From NCBI GenBank assembly GCA_031414775.1, contig JANOQI010000016.1:224001-288000 (forward strand): a stretch of 64,000 nt of DNA. The letters are read 5' to 3'. The notes under the pieces are model-generated. The model made no database searches and was not told where the DNA came from. It saw only the letters and a program-made list of their open reading frames with translations. Shown here in pieces: positions 31,597 to 42,387 of this stretch. The first letter of the stretch is position 1, and each line of letters begins with the position of its first letter. Source of the stretch: Synechococcales cyanobacterium VAR_4_metabat_354. Its GTDB lineage: Bacteria > Cyanobacteriota > Cyanobacteriia > Cyanobacteriales > Chamaesiphonaceae. The position numbers and the translations under genes are program-made.

Positions 31597-32319
31597 ATGC
31601 CGATCGAGACTTGGTTTCCGCTGGCGATTTACTACGATGATTTAGCCGATGCTCCCCAGCATCAGCAAGCTTTACTCGATGCCGTACTGCAATTAGAACG
31701 AGATGGAGATGATCGGCGGGCATATCCAGAAATGGCCTGGACTGGAGATTTACATGGTGTCGAGCAAATCCATTCTGATCCACGCTTTGCCTGGGTGGTA
31801 GATCAAGTCGAGGAGCACACTTTAATTTATTTACAAGATCTGGGCATCGATACCAGTAAGGTACAGCTATATATCCAAAGAGCGTGGCCGATCGTTTCAC
31901 GCACACTGCAAGAAGTGGGTGCCCATTGTCATAATACGGCGCATGTCAGTGCGGTGTATTATATTGCGGTGCCAGAGTCAGAGGAAGAAGACCCCGGTAG
32001 CTTGGTCTTTTTCGATCATGCCCGGATGAACGAGGTGGCTCCGGGCTTAGGTAGTGAGAACACCGACATTGTGGATGAGGAAAATTATTTTAGTCAGTTG
32101 CAAGCCGTTTATGTGCCGGTGGTCGGTAGATTATTAATGTTTCCAGCCAAGCAAAGACACGCCGTCACCCTCAATGAAACACCAGATCTGAGGGTATCTT
32201 TGTCGTTTGACATTGTGTTGACAGCTAAAGATGATGAAGCAGGTACTTACGAATTTCTAGCCCCATCGCCAAAACAGTGGCGGCGCTTTCAAAATACTCC
32301 TAATTTGTCTCAAGAGTGA
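31597..32319 (+). CDS. Putative 2OG-Fe(II) oxygenase (TIGR02466-like)
   Basis: HCH...SAVYY, LLMFPA..RHAV, RVSLSFD. Confidence 0.8.
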   Translation: MPIETWFPLAIYYDDLADAPQHQQALLDAVLQLERDGDDRRAYPEMAWTGDLHGVEQIHSDPRFAWVVDQVEEHTLIYLQDLGIDTSKVQLYIQRAWPIVSRTLQEVGAHCHNTAHVSAVYYIAVPESEEEDPGSLVFFDHARMNEVAPGLGSENTDIVDEENYFSQLQAVYVPVVGRLLMFPAKQRHAVTLNETPDLRVSLSFDIVLTAKDDEAGTYEFLAPSPKQWRRFQNTPNLSQE

Positions 32320-32568
32320 CCAATTAGGGGTATGAAAATAGATAACTTGGAATTTTGGAAAATAGCCTAAACATCAGTTTTTATTTTTACATTTTGAATC
32401 ATTCATGCTACAAAGCCGGAAAGCATTTTTTATTATTAAATTAAGTTAAAATCTATCCCAGAGATCCAGCCATGCTCAGATTTCACAATTAGCTAATTTC
32501 AATTATCTTAAGATGAACAATCTGAAAATCTTCTTGAGTACAAAGTAATATTTTTAATACATGAAAAT

Positions 32569-33324
32569 ATGAGTAAAGTATCTATTATTACAGTAGTCCA
32601 GAATAATTTCAAAACCATCAGTCATGCCATTGAATCTGTTCTCTCTCAAGATTACAAAAACATTGAACATATCATTGTCGATGGTGGATCTACTGATGGA
32701 ACAGTAGAAATTATTAAATCTTTCAATGGTAATATTGCTAAATTTATTAGTGAACCGGATCAAGGGATGCCCGATGCGATGAATAAAGGGCTAAAACTAG
32801 CGGAAGGAAGTATTATCGGAATTCTCCATTCTGATGATTTTTATGCTAGTAACACCACTATTTCAGAGGTGGTAAGTGAATTAGAAAAAGGTAAATCCGA
32901 TATGCTTTTTGGCGATTTGGTATTCGTCAATCCAGGCGAATTAGATAAAGTTGTGAGGTACTATGATTCTGCTAAATGTACCCCAGATAGCTTTGCCTGG
33001 GGCTGGATGCCAGCTCATCCAACTTGCTTTATCAAGAAATCGGTCTATGAAAAGTATGGTGATTTCAAAACAGATTATCGGATCGCTGCTGATTATGAAA
33101 TATTGACCCGATTTATGGCTAAATACCAAGTGCCCTACACTTATATACCTAAAGTTATGGTTAAAATGCGTATTGGTGGTATGAGTACTAGTTCATTCAA
33201 GAATAACTGGCTGAATTGCCAAGAAAGTGTGCGAGCCTGCACTGAAAATGGAATTAGTACTAACATAGTGAAGATATTATCAAAATACTTTACAAAAATT
33301 TTATCTCTGGTCTACATGAAGTAA
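32569..33324 (+). CDS. Glycosyltransferase family 2
   Basis: VSIIT, VDGGSTDGT, DAMNKG, LHSDD, AADYE. Confidence 0.92.
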   Translation: MSKVSIITVVQNNFKTISHAIESVLSQDYKNIEHIIVDGGSTDGTVEIIKSFNGNIAKFISEPDQGMPDAMNKGLKLAEGSIIGILHSDDFYASNTTISEVVSELEKGKSDMLFGDLVFVNPGELDKVVRYYDSAKCTPDSFAWGWMPAHPTCFIKKSVYEKYGDFKTDYRIAADYEILTRFMAKYQVPYTYIPKVMVKMRIGGMSTSSFKNNWLNCQESVRACTENGISTNIVKILSKYFTKILSLVYMK

Positions 33325-33353
33325 TATTTTGCAACTCGATCGAATACTTTATC

Positions 33354-34157
33354 TTGTCTGATGTGCCAAGCTTCGTTGGGTCAAAAAATGCGCTGCGGCG
33401 TTGTGGAGTAATACTAATAGCGATCGCCTATTGGTGGATGGGCAGTAGCGCTGTCTGGGCAGGGGAAATAGAAAATCGATTAGTTGCTTTCCCCCACTGG
33501 ACAGCACCAAATAATTTATTAACCGATGGTGAATTAATTTATCCAGAGTGGTTTGCTGGGGAATGGCAAGTTACTAGTATTCTTCAAGAACAGATAGCGC
33601 CTTTGGCTCCCAAGATTATCACACCGGGGTTTGATCGCAACAAAACTAATATCGATCGAGCCTACCAGTTTCGGGTGCGGTTTGGCTCGGAAACCACCAT
33701 GGTGTCTCCAGGCATCTCGATTAGCAATGATACGGCGACGCAGGTGTTAGCTAATCGATCATTTAATGGTCAACAGATTGCAACTGCTTATTTGGGCGAA
33801 AAGGCGGTGGATTCGATTCAAGTAATTAAAAAACCCCAAATCAAGCAAATTACCAAGTTGGCGAGTGGCACCCAGTTGACTTCAGTAATGACGGGCTACC
33901 AAAAAGAGACTAGCCAAAATCATTTTACGGCTACTGAAGTCAATCAGCAGATTTTCCAATGGAAAACCATTTATCTGAATACTGTCGAAACCACTACTAG
34001 CTACCAATTGCTGGCCGATGGTAGCATCACGGCTCAGCAGGTGACGGCGATTTACTTATCACCGCAAGATCCAGAATACTTTAAAGCCTTACAGCGACCC
34101 GTGGCGCTCTATCGGTATAGTCTCAGACTGATCCCAGTTTTGACAAGCAACGGCTAA
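33354..34157 (+). CDS. Conserved hypothetical exported protein
   Basis: Signal-peptide-like N-terminus; LIYPEWFAGEW and YLSPQDPEYF segments; start uncertain. Confidence 0.7.
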   Translation: MSDVPSFVGSKNALRRCGVILIAIAYWWMGSSAVWAGEIENRLVAFPHWTAPNNLLTDGELIYPEWFAGEWQVTSILQEQIAPLAPKIITPGFDRNKTNIDRAYQFRVRFGSETTMVSPGISISNDTATQVLANRSFNGQQIATAYLGEKAVDSIQVIKKPQIKQITKLASGTQLTSVMTGYQKETSQNHFTATEVNQQIFQWKTIYLNTVETTTSYQLLADGSITAQQVTAIYLSPQDPEYFKALQRPVALYRYSLRLIPVLTSNG

Positions 34158-34543
34158 AAATCGTATTCTTCCCGGACTACCCGAATCAAGCCAACCAGCA
34201 TCAGAATGAATAAAAAGATGGGCATTAGCTCTGCACTACGACTAGGAAATCTGGCCACCAAACCAGCTAAACCAATGTAGAAAGAGTTGCCCCAAGCGGC
34301 CAAAAACAAGGCATAGATAAGGGGGAATGCGGCCATTTGCCAGGGCAGATCTAATTTATTTTGTTTAACCAATCCAGCAAATCCCAGTACCATTAGGTAG
34401 GGTACAACTACTCTGTACACCCAAAACCACAGCCCGACTTTAAAAGGACTGGGAGTCATGAATAGTAAGCCCAAGTATAAAACGCTATTTGCGCTTATTC
34501 CAAACAGCAATAATAGAAAAAAGAGGCGGGTGCTAGCAGCCAT
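34154..34543 (-). CDS. Hypothetical membrane protein (about 4 TM)
   Basis: Highly hydrophobic 129-aa ORF. Confidence 0.6.
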   Translation of the reverse strand: MAASTRLFFLLLLFGISANSVLYLGLLFMTPSPFKVGLWFWVYRVVVPYLMVLGFAGLVKQNKLDLPWQMAAFPLIYALFLAAWGNSFYIGLAGLVARFPSRSAELMPIFLFILMLVGLIRVVREEYDF

Positions 34544-34655
34544 GCTTAAGCTGGGGATAAAGTGCCAAGGATATGATGATATTTACGCCATGAAGTAGAG
34601 TGGTGGCTTCTGAATTAGAATGATTCTCTGTATCAGCACCGCCGGAGTAAGCTAA

Positions 34656-35840
34656 ATGGATCAGAATTTTCCAGAACTGGCTGAATTATATCGTCATACC
34701 TTGTTGCACAATATTATTCCTTTTTGGATGCAGCATTCGATCGATCAGCAACAGGGCGGCTATTTTACTTGTCTCGATCGGACTGGCCAAGTTTTTGACA
34801 CCGATAAATTTATTTGGCTGCAAAACCGTCAGGTCTGGATGTTTGCGACTTTTTATAATCAGATTGAACAGCATCCCGAATGGTTGAAGGTGGCCGCCCA
34901 CGGCGCTGACTTTTTAGCTAAACACGGTCGGGATAGCACAGGGAATTGGTATTTTGCCCTCGACCAGTCGGGTCAGCCGCTGATCCAACCCTATAATATT
35001 TTCTCGGACTGCTTTGCGGCGATGGCTTTTAGTCAATACGCCTTAGCTTCTGGTCAAGACTGGGCTAAAGAAATTGCCCTGCAAGCCTATGGTAATGTGC
35101 AACGCCGTCAGGACAATCCCAAGGGCAAGTACAGCAAGGCTTATCCGGGCACTCGATCGATGAAGTCCTTGGCCGTGCCGATGATTTTGGCCAATCTCAC
35201 TTTGGAAATGAGTTGGTTGTTGCCCAGTGATGAACTTGATCGGGTACTAGACAGCACGATTCAAGAGGTGATGACCGATTTCTTAGACCCAGACCAGGGC
35301 ATTATGTACGAAAATGTGGCCCCAGATGGCTCGCACATCGATTGCTTTGATGGCCGTTTGCTGAATCCTGGTCATGGCATTGAGGCGATGTGGTTCATGA
35401 TGGATATCGCCGAGCGGCGGCAGGACAAACCGTTGATGGAAAAGGCCGTACAAGTGGTGCTGAATATCCTGAATCTTTCCTGGGACAAAGAATATGGCGG
35501 TATTTATTACTTTTTGGATGTCCAAGGCCATCCCCCCCAACAATTAGAGTGGGATCAAAAACTGTGGTGGGTACATGTGGAAACCCTGGTGGCGCTGGCC
35601 ATGGGCTATCGGTTAACTGGCAACCCCCAATGCTGGGACTGGTATCAAAAAATCCATGACTATACCTGGCAACATTTTGCCGATGCCGAGCAGGGAGAAT
35701 GGTTTGGCTATCTCAACCGACGCGGTGAAGTATTGTTAGATCTCAAAGGCGGCAAGTGGAAAGGCTGCTTCCATGTACCCAGAGCAATGCTAATGTGTTG
35801 GCGACAATTTGAGAAATTGGCTAACCACCCACCAGTCTAA
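34656..35840 (+). CDS. N-acylglucosamine 2-epimerase (AGE family)
   Basis: [37 protein letters not shown]. Confidence 0.93.
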   Translation: MDQNFPELAELYRHTLLHNIIPFWMQHSIDQQQGGYFTCLDRTGQVFDTDKFIWLQNRQVWMFATFYNQIEQHPEWLKVAAHGADFLAKHGRDSTGNWYFALDQSGQPLIQPYNIFSDCFAAMAFSQYALASGQDWAKEIALQAYGNVQRRQDNPKGKYSKAYPGTRSMKSLAVPMILANLTLEMSWLLPSDELDRVLDSTIQEVMTDFLDPDQGIMYENVAPDGSHIDCFDGRLLNPGHGIEAMWFMMDIAERRQDKPLMEKAVQVVLNILNLSWDKEYGGIYYFLDVQGHPPQQLEWDQKLWWVHVETLVALAMGYRLTGNPQCWDWYQKIHDYTWQHFADAEQGEWFGYLNRRGEVLLDLKGGKWKGCFHVPRAMLMCWRQFEKLANHPPV

Positions 35841-36806
35841 CCACAGCAGCAACCAGAGCAAAAATACCTGCCGGGTCAGATTTAGCGCTCGATCGATCTG
35901 ACCCGCATCAATAATTTTAGTGTTATCGCCTAATAGTGGCTTAGTTCTCAACTCGCCCTGGTAATAATTAGCGCCCCCTAGTTGCACGCCTAAAATGGCG
36001 GCATAAATACATTCACTCCAGCCGGAATTAGGGCTGGGATCCTGACGGGCATCACGCTGACAAATTGCCAATACTGGAACAGGCCGACCCGATAGTAAGG
36101 CCAAAGTCAGCACCGTGAGCCGACAGGGTAGCCAGGTCAAAACATCCTCCAGTTGAGCACTACACCAACCCAAATCTGTGTAAGGTTCCTGGCGATAACC
36201 CACCATCGAATCGAGGGTACTAGCCGCTTTGTACGCTAAAGCTAGCGGCACCGGACCTACAGCGGGTAAACTGGCTCCCAATAGGGCATAGAACCAAGGA
36301 GCTGTCACTCCATCCGTGGCATTCTCGGCGACGGTTTCGAGGATAGCGCGATAAATTTCGGGGGTGGTTAATTGATCGGTATCGCGTCCCACATACTTCT
36401 TCAGCCGCAGCCGGGCTTCTTCAATATCTCCAGTGGCTAATGGTGCCAAAACATCCTGAGCCGCTTGCCGTAAACTGCGCCCGGCTAGACAACTGGCCAG
36501 CAAAATAATCTCTAAAATCTGCGCTATTACTGGCTGAATGCCCCGGAGAATATTGAAGAACAGCCAACTCCCTAGAGCACTGCCCACTACTAAAACTAGG
36601 AATAAACCGATACCGGAAATTTTTCTAGCGATCGGATGACTCAAATATTTCCAGGTTAGCTTGCTCCATTGATCAATCGCCCAACCTATTACTTGCACCG
36701 GATGCAGCCAGCCCCAGGGATCACCGATTAAATAATCTAGCAATGCTGCCAGGACTAGGGTAAGTGGCCATCCAACCAAAGATTTCAGCATGGCCCAGTT
36801 AAGCAA
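35790..36806 (-). CDS. cbiB: Adenosylcobinamide-phosphate synthase CbiB/CobD
   Basis: [35 protein letters not shown]. Confidence 0.95.
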   Translation of the reverse strand: MLNWAMLKSLVGWPLTLVLAALLDYLIGDPWGWLHPVQVIGWAIDQWSKLTWKYLSHPIARKISGIGLFLVLVVGSALGSWLFFNILRGIQPVIAQILEIILLASCLAGRSLRQAAQDVLAPLATGDIEEARLRLKKYVGRDTDQLTTPEIYRAILETVAENATDGVTAPWFYALLGASLPAVGPVPLALAYKAASTLDSMVGYRQEPYTDLGWCSAQLEDVLTWLPCRLTVLTLALLSGRPVPVLAICQRDARQDPSPNSGWSECIYAAILGVQLGGANYYQGELRTKPLLGDNTKIIDAGQIDRALNLTRQVFLLWLLLWLDWWVVSQFLKLSPTH

Positions 36807-36942
36807 GAAATATATCGACAGTTAATGGTACAAGATTATTTAAAGGCTAAAGTCCACTTGTATGGATTGATTTAGCTAGTCCGTGCATATGGACTTTTTA
36901 AATGGGGCTTTTAGCCTCAAACTAGTCCGAACTAAGATTAAT

Positions 36943-37341
36943 TTAGTCTGAGCAGCAGTGATGAAAGACGGGTTGCGGCTGGGAGGATTGCCATATTTCT
37001 ACAATCAGGGATTCGATCGCAGTAGGTAAATGAGTAACAAATATTCCTTCGTCGCTTTGGAGGACAGAAGATAGCCAGTAACCTTCGAGGCCAATCTCCA
37101 CCATATCTACATCACAAACCGATAGCGAGATCATGTCGCTGGCTTCATGGAAAATTAAGTGCTCCAAATCTGTCCAAGCACTGACATCAGTGGATAGGCC
37201 AAAGGCGGCATTCATTGGTTCTACGGATACCGTACTTCCGACTCTTACTGCCAGTAAAACGCGCTGGCCAATCCATTTCTCGACGGAAGTAGAGAGTTTT
37301 TCAATGTGTAGATCGGTATCTGTATAAGATAGTTTCAACAT
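36943..37341 (-). CDS. Conserved cyanobacterial hypothetical protein (alr0857-like)
   Basis: GGAGG RBS; MLKLSYT...WIGQRVLLAVRVG...GYWL...EGIFV. Confidence 0.75.
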   Translation of the reverse strand: MLKLSYTDTDLHIEKLSTSVEKWIGQRVLLAVRVGSTVSVEPMNAAFGLSTDVSAWTDLEHLIFHEASDMISLSVCDVDMVEIGLEGYWLSSVLQSDEGIFVTHLPTAIESLIVEIWQSSQPQPVFHHCCSD

Positions 37342-37780
37342 AAATCGGTTAACCTCCTTTACTCAGCTGCTTTTGAAAGACTGAACGATATAATCCATGA
37401 CATTTCAGTCAGCTGCTGACTGTTGTTTTCATAAATACTTAGAAAGTGATGTTTAGTTTTCGGAAAAGAAAATTAACATACTGCTGTTAGCCAAAGACAA
37501 AAAGCTCATCTGGAAGATCAACCTCCCAGCAGATAAAGAATTTAATATTGCCTTGCTCTAATTACTACAACGATGATGGGACTGATTCCGGAAATCTCCA
37601 AAAATATTTTTTTGAAATTTCGGGGCAGATAAAATAGATAGAATTGAGTCTGGACGGGCTACTTAACTGATAAAGCGTATATTTATATACATTTTGCCAA
37701 ATACCCTACCTATTTCCTAGATCCTGGAGCTGCGCTACAATCGTACTACTAATCCTCTGAACTCCCCGGGAAACAAATTA

Positions 37781-38128
37781 ATGATAATGGGCACGATGGT
37801 CAAACGAATTCCTACTACCGAAATGGAAGTAACTAGCATCCGCTTAGAGCGAGAGCTAAAAGAAAAGCTGAAAGAAATTTCTGGACATCAAGGCTACCAG
37901 GCACTAATTCGAGATGTGCTGTGGCGATTTGTTCAGCAAAAGTCTGGTGAATATCAACAAAGATATACAGCGGCGGATATTCGGGCGACAATGCCAGCGG
38001 TCGCTAAAAGTGAAGAGCGTTGCTGTATTACGGGCAAAGTTATTCAAGCTAATGAATCCATGCTGCTAGGCTGGACAACATCTGGTGATTTGGTGCCTCT
38101 TCACTGTGAAGGCTGGTCGATCGATTAA
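37781..38128 (+). CDS. Putative ribbon-helix-helix DNA-binding protein
   Basis: VTSIRLERELKEKLKEIS..GYQALIRDVLWRFV is RHH-like; C-terminal RCCITG segment. Confidence 0.7.
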   Translation: MIMGTMVKRIPTTEMEVTSIRLERELKEKLKEISGHQGYQALIRDVLWRFVQQKSGEYQQRYTAADIRATMPAVAKSEERCCITGKVIQANESMLLGWTTSGDLVPLHCEGWSID

Positions 38129-38145
38129 AATTTTGGATTTTTAAT

Positions 38146-38186
38146 AAAAAACAGCTCCCTGATTTTTGACAGGGGGCTGTTTTTTT
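38146..38186. terminator. Bidirectional intrinsic terminator
   Basis: aaaaaacagctccctg...cagggggctgtttttt between convergent genes. Confidence 0.85.
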
Positions 38187-38207
38187 GATGAATCTAAGAT
38201 TAGGTTC

Positions 38208-38717
38208 TTAGAGATCCTGTTCGCTAAAATCGCGGGTAATATGATCGAAAGGTACATCGACAAAACTGGTGTCATTCATTCCAGCAGTGGCCAGCTCTTC
38301 CTTGACGATGTCTTTCATAATCTGAATACCTACGACTGTCGGGGCAATTGGTACACCCAGTGAGTTATAAGTTTCCCGCAGACCTTGCAGTACTCGTTCA
38401 TCTAGCACATTGTTATCAGCAGCGACAATAGCATAGCTGGCATAGCGCAGATAGTAGTCCATATCCCGCAGGCAAGCGGCATAGCGACGAGTGGTATAAG
38501 CATTTCCACCAGGACGAATGAGTTCTGGGTTTTCTTCAAAGAGGCGCAAACCGGCACGGCGCACAATTGAGGCGGCGTTGCTGTTAATAATGGAGGCGGC
38601 GGCGATCCGTGCAGCTCCGGTATCAAAGTAGTTTTTTAAGCTATCTAAAGCGTTCCGATCGAAGTATCGGCCAGTGATATCGTAGGACTTAATTAAATTT
38701 GTAACAGCATCCCGCAT
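38208..38717 (-). CDS. apcF: Allophycocyanin beta-18 subunit
   Basis: MRDAVTNLI, 169 aa, PGGNAYTTRRYAACLRDMDYYLRYA with chromophore Cys. Confidence 0.95.
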   Translation of the reverse strand: MRDAVTNLIKSYDITGRYFDRNALDSLKNYFDTGAARIAAASIINSNAASIVRRAGLRLFEENPELIRPGGNAYTTRRYAACLRDMDYYLRYASYAIVAADNNVLDERVLQGLRETYNSLGVPIAPTVVGIQIMKDIVKEELATAGMNDTSFVDVPFDHITRDFSEQDL

Positions 38718-38826
38718 GAGACTGCTCTCCCAGGAGTAATAAATATATATTTCAGCCTCTAAGTATTGCAGAAAAGCTACAACCTCTGGGAGCCTAACGT
38801 TACAATTCGCAAGGTCAACTAGAGTA

Positions 38827-39114
38827 TTAAGCGCCTTCTAAAGGTGCCATGGTCAATCCAGCACGCCGTAATTGTTGATGATATAGTTCAGCCTGTTCTT
38901 GAGGGCCAACCCAAGCCACTGCTTGACCTTGATCATTAACTTGATGGGTCAATGTCCAGGCGTAATCATCGCTCATGCCCGGAATATAAGTCATCAGGCA
39001 ATGGTGGACATGCTCAAAAGTGTTAAAGTCATCGTCCAGGATAATGACTTTATAATTGGGATAAAGCTGTTTGGTGGTTTCTTTGACCCGATCGGGAGTA
39101 GCAACTGGAGTCAT
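38827..39114 (-). CDS. clpS: ATP-dependent Clp protease adaptor ClpS
   Basis: YKVIILDDDFNTFEHV...GPQEQAELYHQQL. Confidence 0.93.
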   Translation of the reverse strand: MTPVATPDRVKETTKQLYPNYKVIILDDDFNTFEHVHHCLMTYIPGMSDDYAWTLTHQVNDQGQAVAWVGPQEQAELYHQQLRRAGLTMAPLEGA

Positions 39115-39352
39115 AGGCTTAACAAGTACGTACAGTACGTAGTTTTGGTTTAAACAATTTTAACGAAATTATCGCCTAATCTATTCTTTTTCGAGAGCTT
39201 GGTTTTTACGGCGACGACAGCGATCGGAGCAGTATTTAACCTCATCCCAACATTTTTCCCATTTCTTGCGCCAGGTGAATGGTAAATTACAAACCGAACA
39301 GGTTTTGGTGGGTAGGTCAGATTTGGCTCTTTGTCTGGGCATGGGTGATGGT

Positions 39353-40087
39353 ATGAAATCAGGTTTAGATCAGGTGCGGATAGTTTTGGTGGAACCCGCT
39401 GGGGCACGTAATGTGGGATCGATCGCGCGGGTGATGACCAATATGGGCTTGAGTCAGCTGGTAATTGTGAATCCCCAGTGCGATTTGGGTAGTGAAGAAG
39501 CGCGGCGCATGGCTGTACATGGTCAACAGCTACTAAGCAGCTGTGAGGTGGTTCCAGACTTAAGCACCGCTTTACGGGGCTGTCAACGGGTGGTAGGGAC
39601 AACTTTTCGTCAGGATGATTTACCCAGGTTGCCGCAGCCACCAGCAGTGGCATTGGCTTGGTTATTAGAAATCTCGTCGCCGACAGCGGTGATTTTTGGG
39701 CGAGAAGATAATGGCTTAAGCAATCAGGAGCTAGACTACGCCCAGCGCTATTTGCGGATTCCGGTATCACCGGCTTATACGTCTTTGAATCTAGCACAGG
39801 CGGTTGGAATTTGTGCCTATGAGCTGTTCCAGCTTAGTCAGCAGCCGTTAGTAGTCGAGCCTGTTCCGGCAGTTACCGATCTGGCAACGATCGATCAGCT
39901 CGATCGATATTACCAACAGTTAGAAACGCTATTGCTAGAAATTGGCTATCTACAACCGCAGACGGCACCGAGTCGGATGTCCAAATTGCGGCGCTTGTAT
40001 GGTCGATCGGAGATGTCTGGTAATGAACTCGCCCTGTTACGAGGCATTTGTAATCAGATGACTTGGGCGCTGCGGCAATCCGAATAG
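39353..40087 (+). CDS. TrmJ/LasT-family SPOUT RNA methyltransferase
   Basis: [34 protein letters not shown]; start uncertain. Confidence 0.9.
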   Translation: MKSGLDQVRIVLVEPAGARNVGSIARVMTNMGLSQLVIVNPQCDLGSEEARRMAVHGQQLLSSCEVVPDLSTALRGCQRVVGTTFRQDDLPRLPQPPAVALAWLLEISSPTAVIFGREDNGLSNQELDYAQRYLRIPVSPAYTSLNLAQAVGICAYELFQLSQQPLVVEPVPAVTDLATIDQLDRYYQQLETLLLEIGYLQPQTAPSRMSKLRRLYGRSEMSGNELALLRGICNQMTWALRQSE

Positions 40088-40333
40088 ACGAGATCTATAG
40101 ATTTGATTAGATCTGATGGATCGATCAAAGTGCCATGATTGTTAGTAGCAATCTTGACAATTAATCTTTATTTTTGTTAAGAAAAAATACCAGAAATGCC
40201 CACTAACGGAAGGTTATAATACCTTAAAATCACTTCATTATCAGAAAATCTCCAGCTATCAGTGAAGATAATCTCCAAATATTACTGAATCGGTAATTCA
40301 ACTCTAAAGTGCAATTCATTTGAAATATAATTT

Positions 40334-40999
40334 ATGTTTAAAAATAAAAGTGTACGAGCAAAATTAATTGTAGTATCACTGCTTTTAGTTGGCTTTTTAT
40401 TTTCGACGGTCTTTATCAATCATTTATCGATTCAACAGGTGATCGATCGATCATCCCCCGGTGAACTGAATTTTGTGGTCAAAGCCGATCTGCCAGTCGC
40501 TGAGGCTCAAACTCTAAGGCCACTGCCGCTTATTCCCACCTCTACTAATTCAGTCATAACCACAACTACGCCTGATTCTGAGAAAAAGTTCGTGCTAGAG
40601 CAGAACAGAGTTGTCAGTTTGCTGCTAGTTGTTTTAATTGGAACTTTGCTATTATTGTTTGCGTTTCTTTCGCCAGTGGTTGGCTTATTTTGGCGACCAA
40701 ATACTCAAGATAGTCTCAGAGACAAAGCCTGGTTTTTGACAGAATCTTTTCCTAAACTTCTAGAAGGAGTAAGTATAATTCTGATTGTGATGGTAATTGC
40801 GGTATTAACTTTGGCTGGGGTGCTGGAATCGCAAGGAACTATTAGTATTTTGTCTGTATTAGTTGGTTATGTCCTGGGTCGAAAATCTACTCAATGGGAG
40901 CATTCTTCATCTCATAATCGATCGGAGTCCATGACCAAGTTAGCTACTCAAACTAGGAAGCCTAGTGGTCAGGGAGTAGAAGATGTTTGGAAGGGTTGA
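40334..40999 (+). CDS. Hypothetical membrane protein
   Basis: 221-aa ORF with about 4 hydrophobic segments. Confidence 0.6.
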   Translation: MFKNKSVRAKLIVVSLLLVGFLFSTVFINHLSIQQVIDRSSPGELNFVVKADLPVAEAQTLRPLPLIPTSTNSVITTTTPDSEKKFVLEQNRVVSLLLVVLIGTLLLLFAFLSPVVGLFWRPNTQDSLRDKAWFLTESFPKLLEGVSIILIVMVIAVLTLAGVLESQGTISILSVLVGYVLGRKSTQWEHSSSHNRSESMTKLATQTRKPSGQGVEDVWKG

Positions 41000-41066
41000 A
41001 AAATATTTTCACTCTAGACTTGCGCAGAATCACACTTTAATGGTTTAATTATCGTCTGTGCAAATT

Positions 41067-41150
41067 GGGGGTGTGGCGGAATGGTAGACGCTGCAGACTT
41101 AAAATCTGTTGGCTGTAACGGCCGTGCGAGTTCGAGTCTCGCCACCCCCA
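41067..41150 (+). tRNA. trnL: tRNA-Leu(UAA), no intron
   Basis: Acceptor GGGGGTG/CACCCCC-A, anticodon arm GCAGA-CTTAAAA-TCTGT, long variable arm, GTTCGAG T-loop. Confidence 0.96.
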
Positions 41151-41260
41151 CTATCATCATTTAAGGAATCAAGAGCAGCGTGATTAACCTGCTGCTCCTC
41201 AAACATTTGGCTAGTTTAACTGAGCTATGATGAAATTATGGTTTCTGGCCTTGGCAAAAT

Positions 41261-41638
41261 ATGGAAACAGATAATCGCAACGTTTTGGGTGAAAAACTAC
41301 GGGTTTGTTGCTTGGTGACAATGACTGGTTTTGCTCGGGATGGTTCGTGCCGGACTGAGACGATGGATACGGGTGTACACGTGGTCTGTGCCCAGGTCAC
41401 AGCGGAGTTTTTGGAATATACCAAGGCACAAGGCAACGATTTGAGTACTCCGATGGGAGCTTACGGTTTTCTGGGATTGAAACCGGGTGACAGGTGGTGT
41501 TTGTGTGCAACGCGGTGGCGAGAAGCCCTGACAGCAGGGATGGCACCGCCGATCGATCTATCAGCGACCCATGCCAAAATGTTGGAATATGTCCCTATTG
41601 AGGTGCTGCGGGAGTACGCTATTGCTACTCCAGATTAA
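41261..41638 (+). CDS. DUF2237 family protein
   Basis: NVLG..L..C, TGFARDGSC, HVVCA, GNDLSTP, GLKPGDRWCLCA. Confidence 0.92.
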   Translation: METDNRNVLGEKLRVCCLVTMTGFARDGSCRTETMDTGVHVVCAQVTAEFLEYTKAQGNDLSTPMGAYGFLGLKPGDRWCLCATRWREALTAGMAPPIDLSATHAKMLEYVPIEVLREYAIATPD

Positions 41639-41688
41639 TTATTGGAGTGGGGCATAATGGAAGTGAGAGTTTGTGGAGGATATCGCCA

Positions 41689-42002
41689 ATGGTTCAGACC
41701 CCAGTTAGACAAATCACTCTGGCGGAATTCTTAGAGTTACTATTGCTCCGAATTGGACGATTGAGGTGCTCTCACCTGGACAAAGTGCTAATAAGGTTTT
41801 AAAGAATATTAATCATTGTTTGGCACATGGTACCCAAATGGGTTGGTTAATTGATCCAGTCGATCGATCTGTTGTCATTTGTCGGATTGGTCGCCATGCG
41901 GAAATCGTGGATGAGCCGAGGGCGATGTTGCCAGTTCCAAATTTTGCTGATTCGGTGCAGATATCGATCGAACAAATATTCGGCTGGCTAAACTTGATGT
42001 GA
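41689..42002 (+). pseudogene. Uma2-family endonuclease pseudogene with an out-of-frame internal deletion
   Basis: GGAGG RBS, MVQTPVRQITLAEFLEL, then directly in another frame IAPNWTIEVLSP...GTQMGWLIDP...IFGWL; middle of the domain missing. Confidence 0.8.
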
Positions 42003-42092
42003 TCAATATTGCTGAAGCTGTATTATCAAATTCTGGTGAAATCCCCTGAATAAATCTCAAATCTCTTGGATTTTGATTCATATGAAATCAAT

Positions 42093-42350
42093 TCAAGTAT
42101 TATTTATTTCATTTTGCTTTTTTCTAATAGCTTCTCGAATGAGACACAATCTATTTTCTTCAGTGTGAGTACTGGCCATAATAAAATCTTCAAGTGATTT
42201 AACTATTTCATCTTTGAGTCGCCAAAGTATTGAAAAGCCAGCAATAGATATAATAGCTTTATCAAGTATTTTTACTGTGCTCCAATTTCATAGCAGTAAT
42301 GCAAAAGATACACACAGCATTAAAACGCATATACGCATTATAGGAGTCAT
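42093..42350 (-). pseudogene. AT-rich small membrane-protein ORF with an internal TGA
   Basis: MTPIMRICVLMLCVSFALLL*NWSTVKILDKAIISIAGFSILWRL...NNT*; single in-frame stop at codon 21. Confidence 0.4.
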
Positions 42351-42387
42351 TCTCTGTTTATTGTTTATATTTGCGCTAACAAAATAT

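Noticed and set aside
35790..35840. 51-bp convergent overlap of the AGE epimerase and cbiB
   Set aside because: Short 3' overlaps of convergent genes are common; both proteins look complete
39124..39142. AGTACGTACAGTACG as a LexA box upstream of clpS
   Set aside because: Spacing does not fit RGTAC-N3-DGTWCB
39150..39797. 215-aa minus-strand ORF
   Set aside because: Antisense to the TrmJ-family gene; Pro-rich shadow composition
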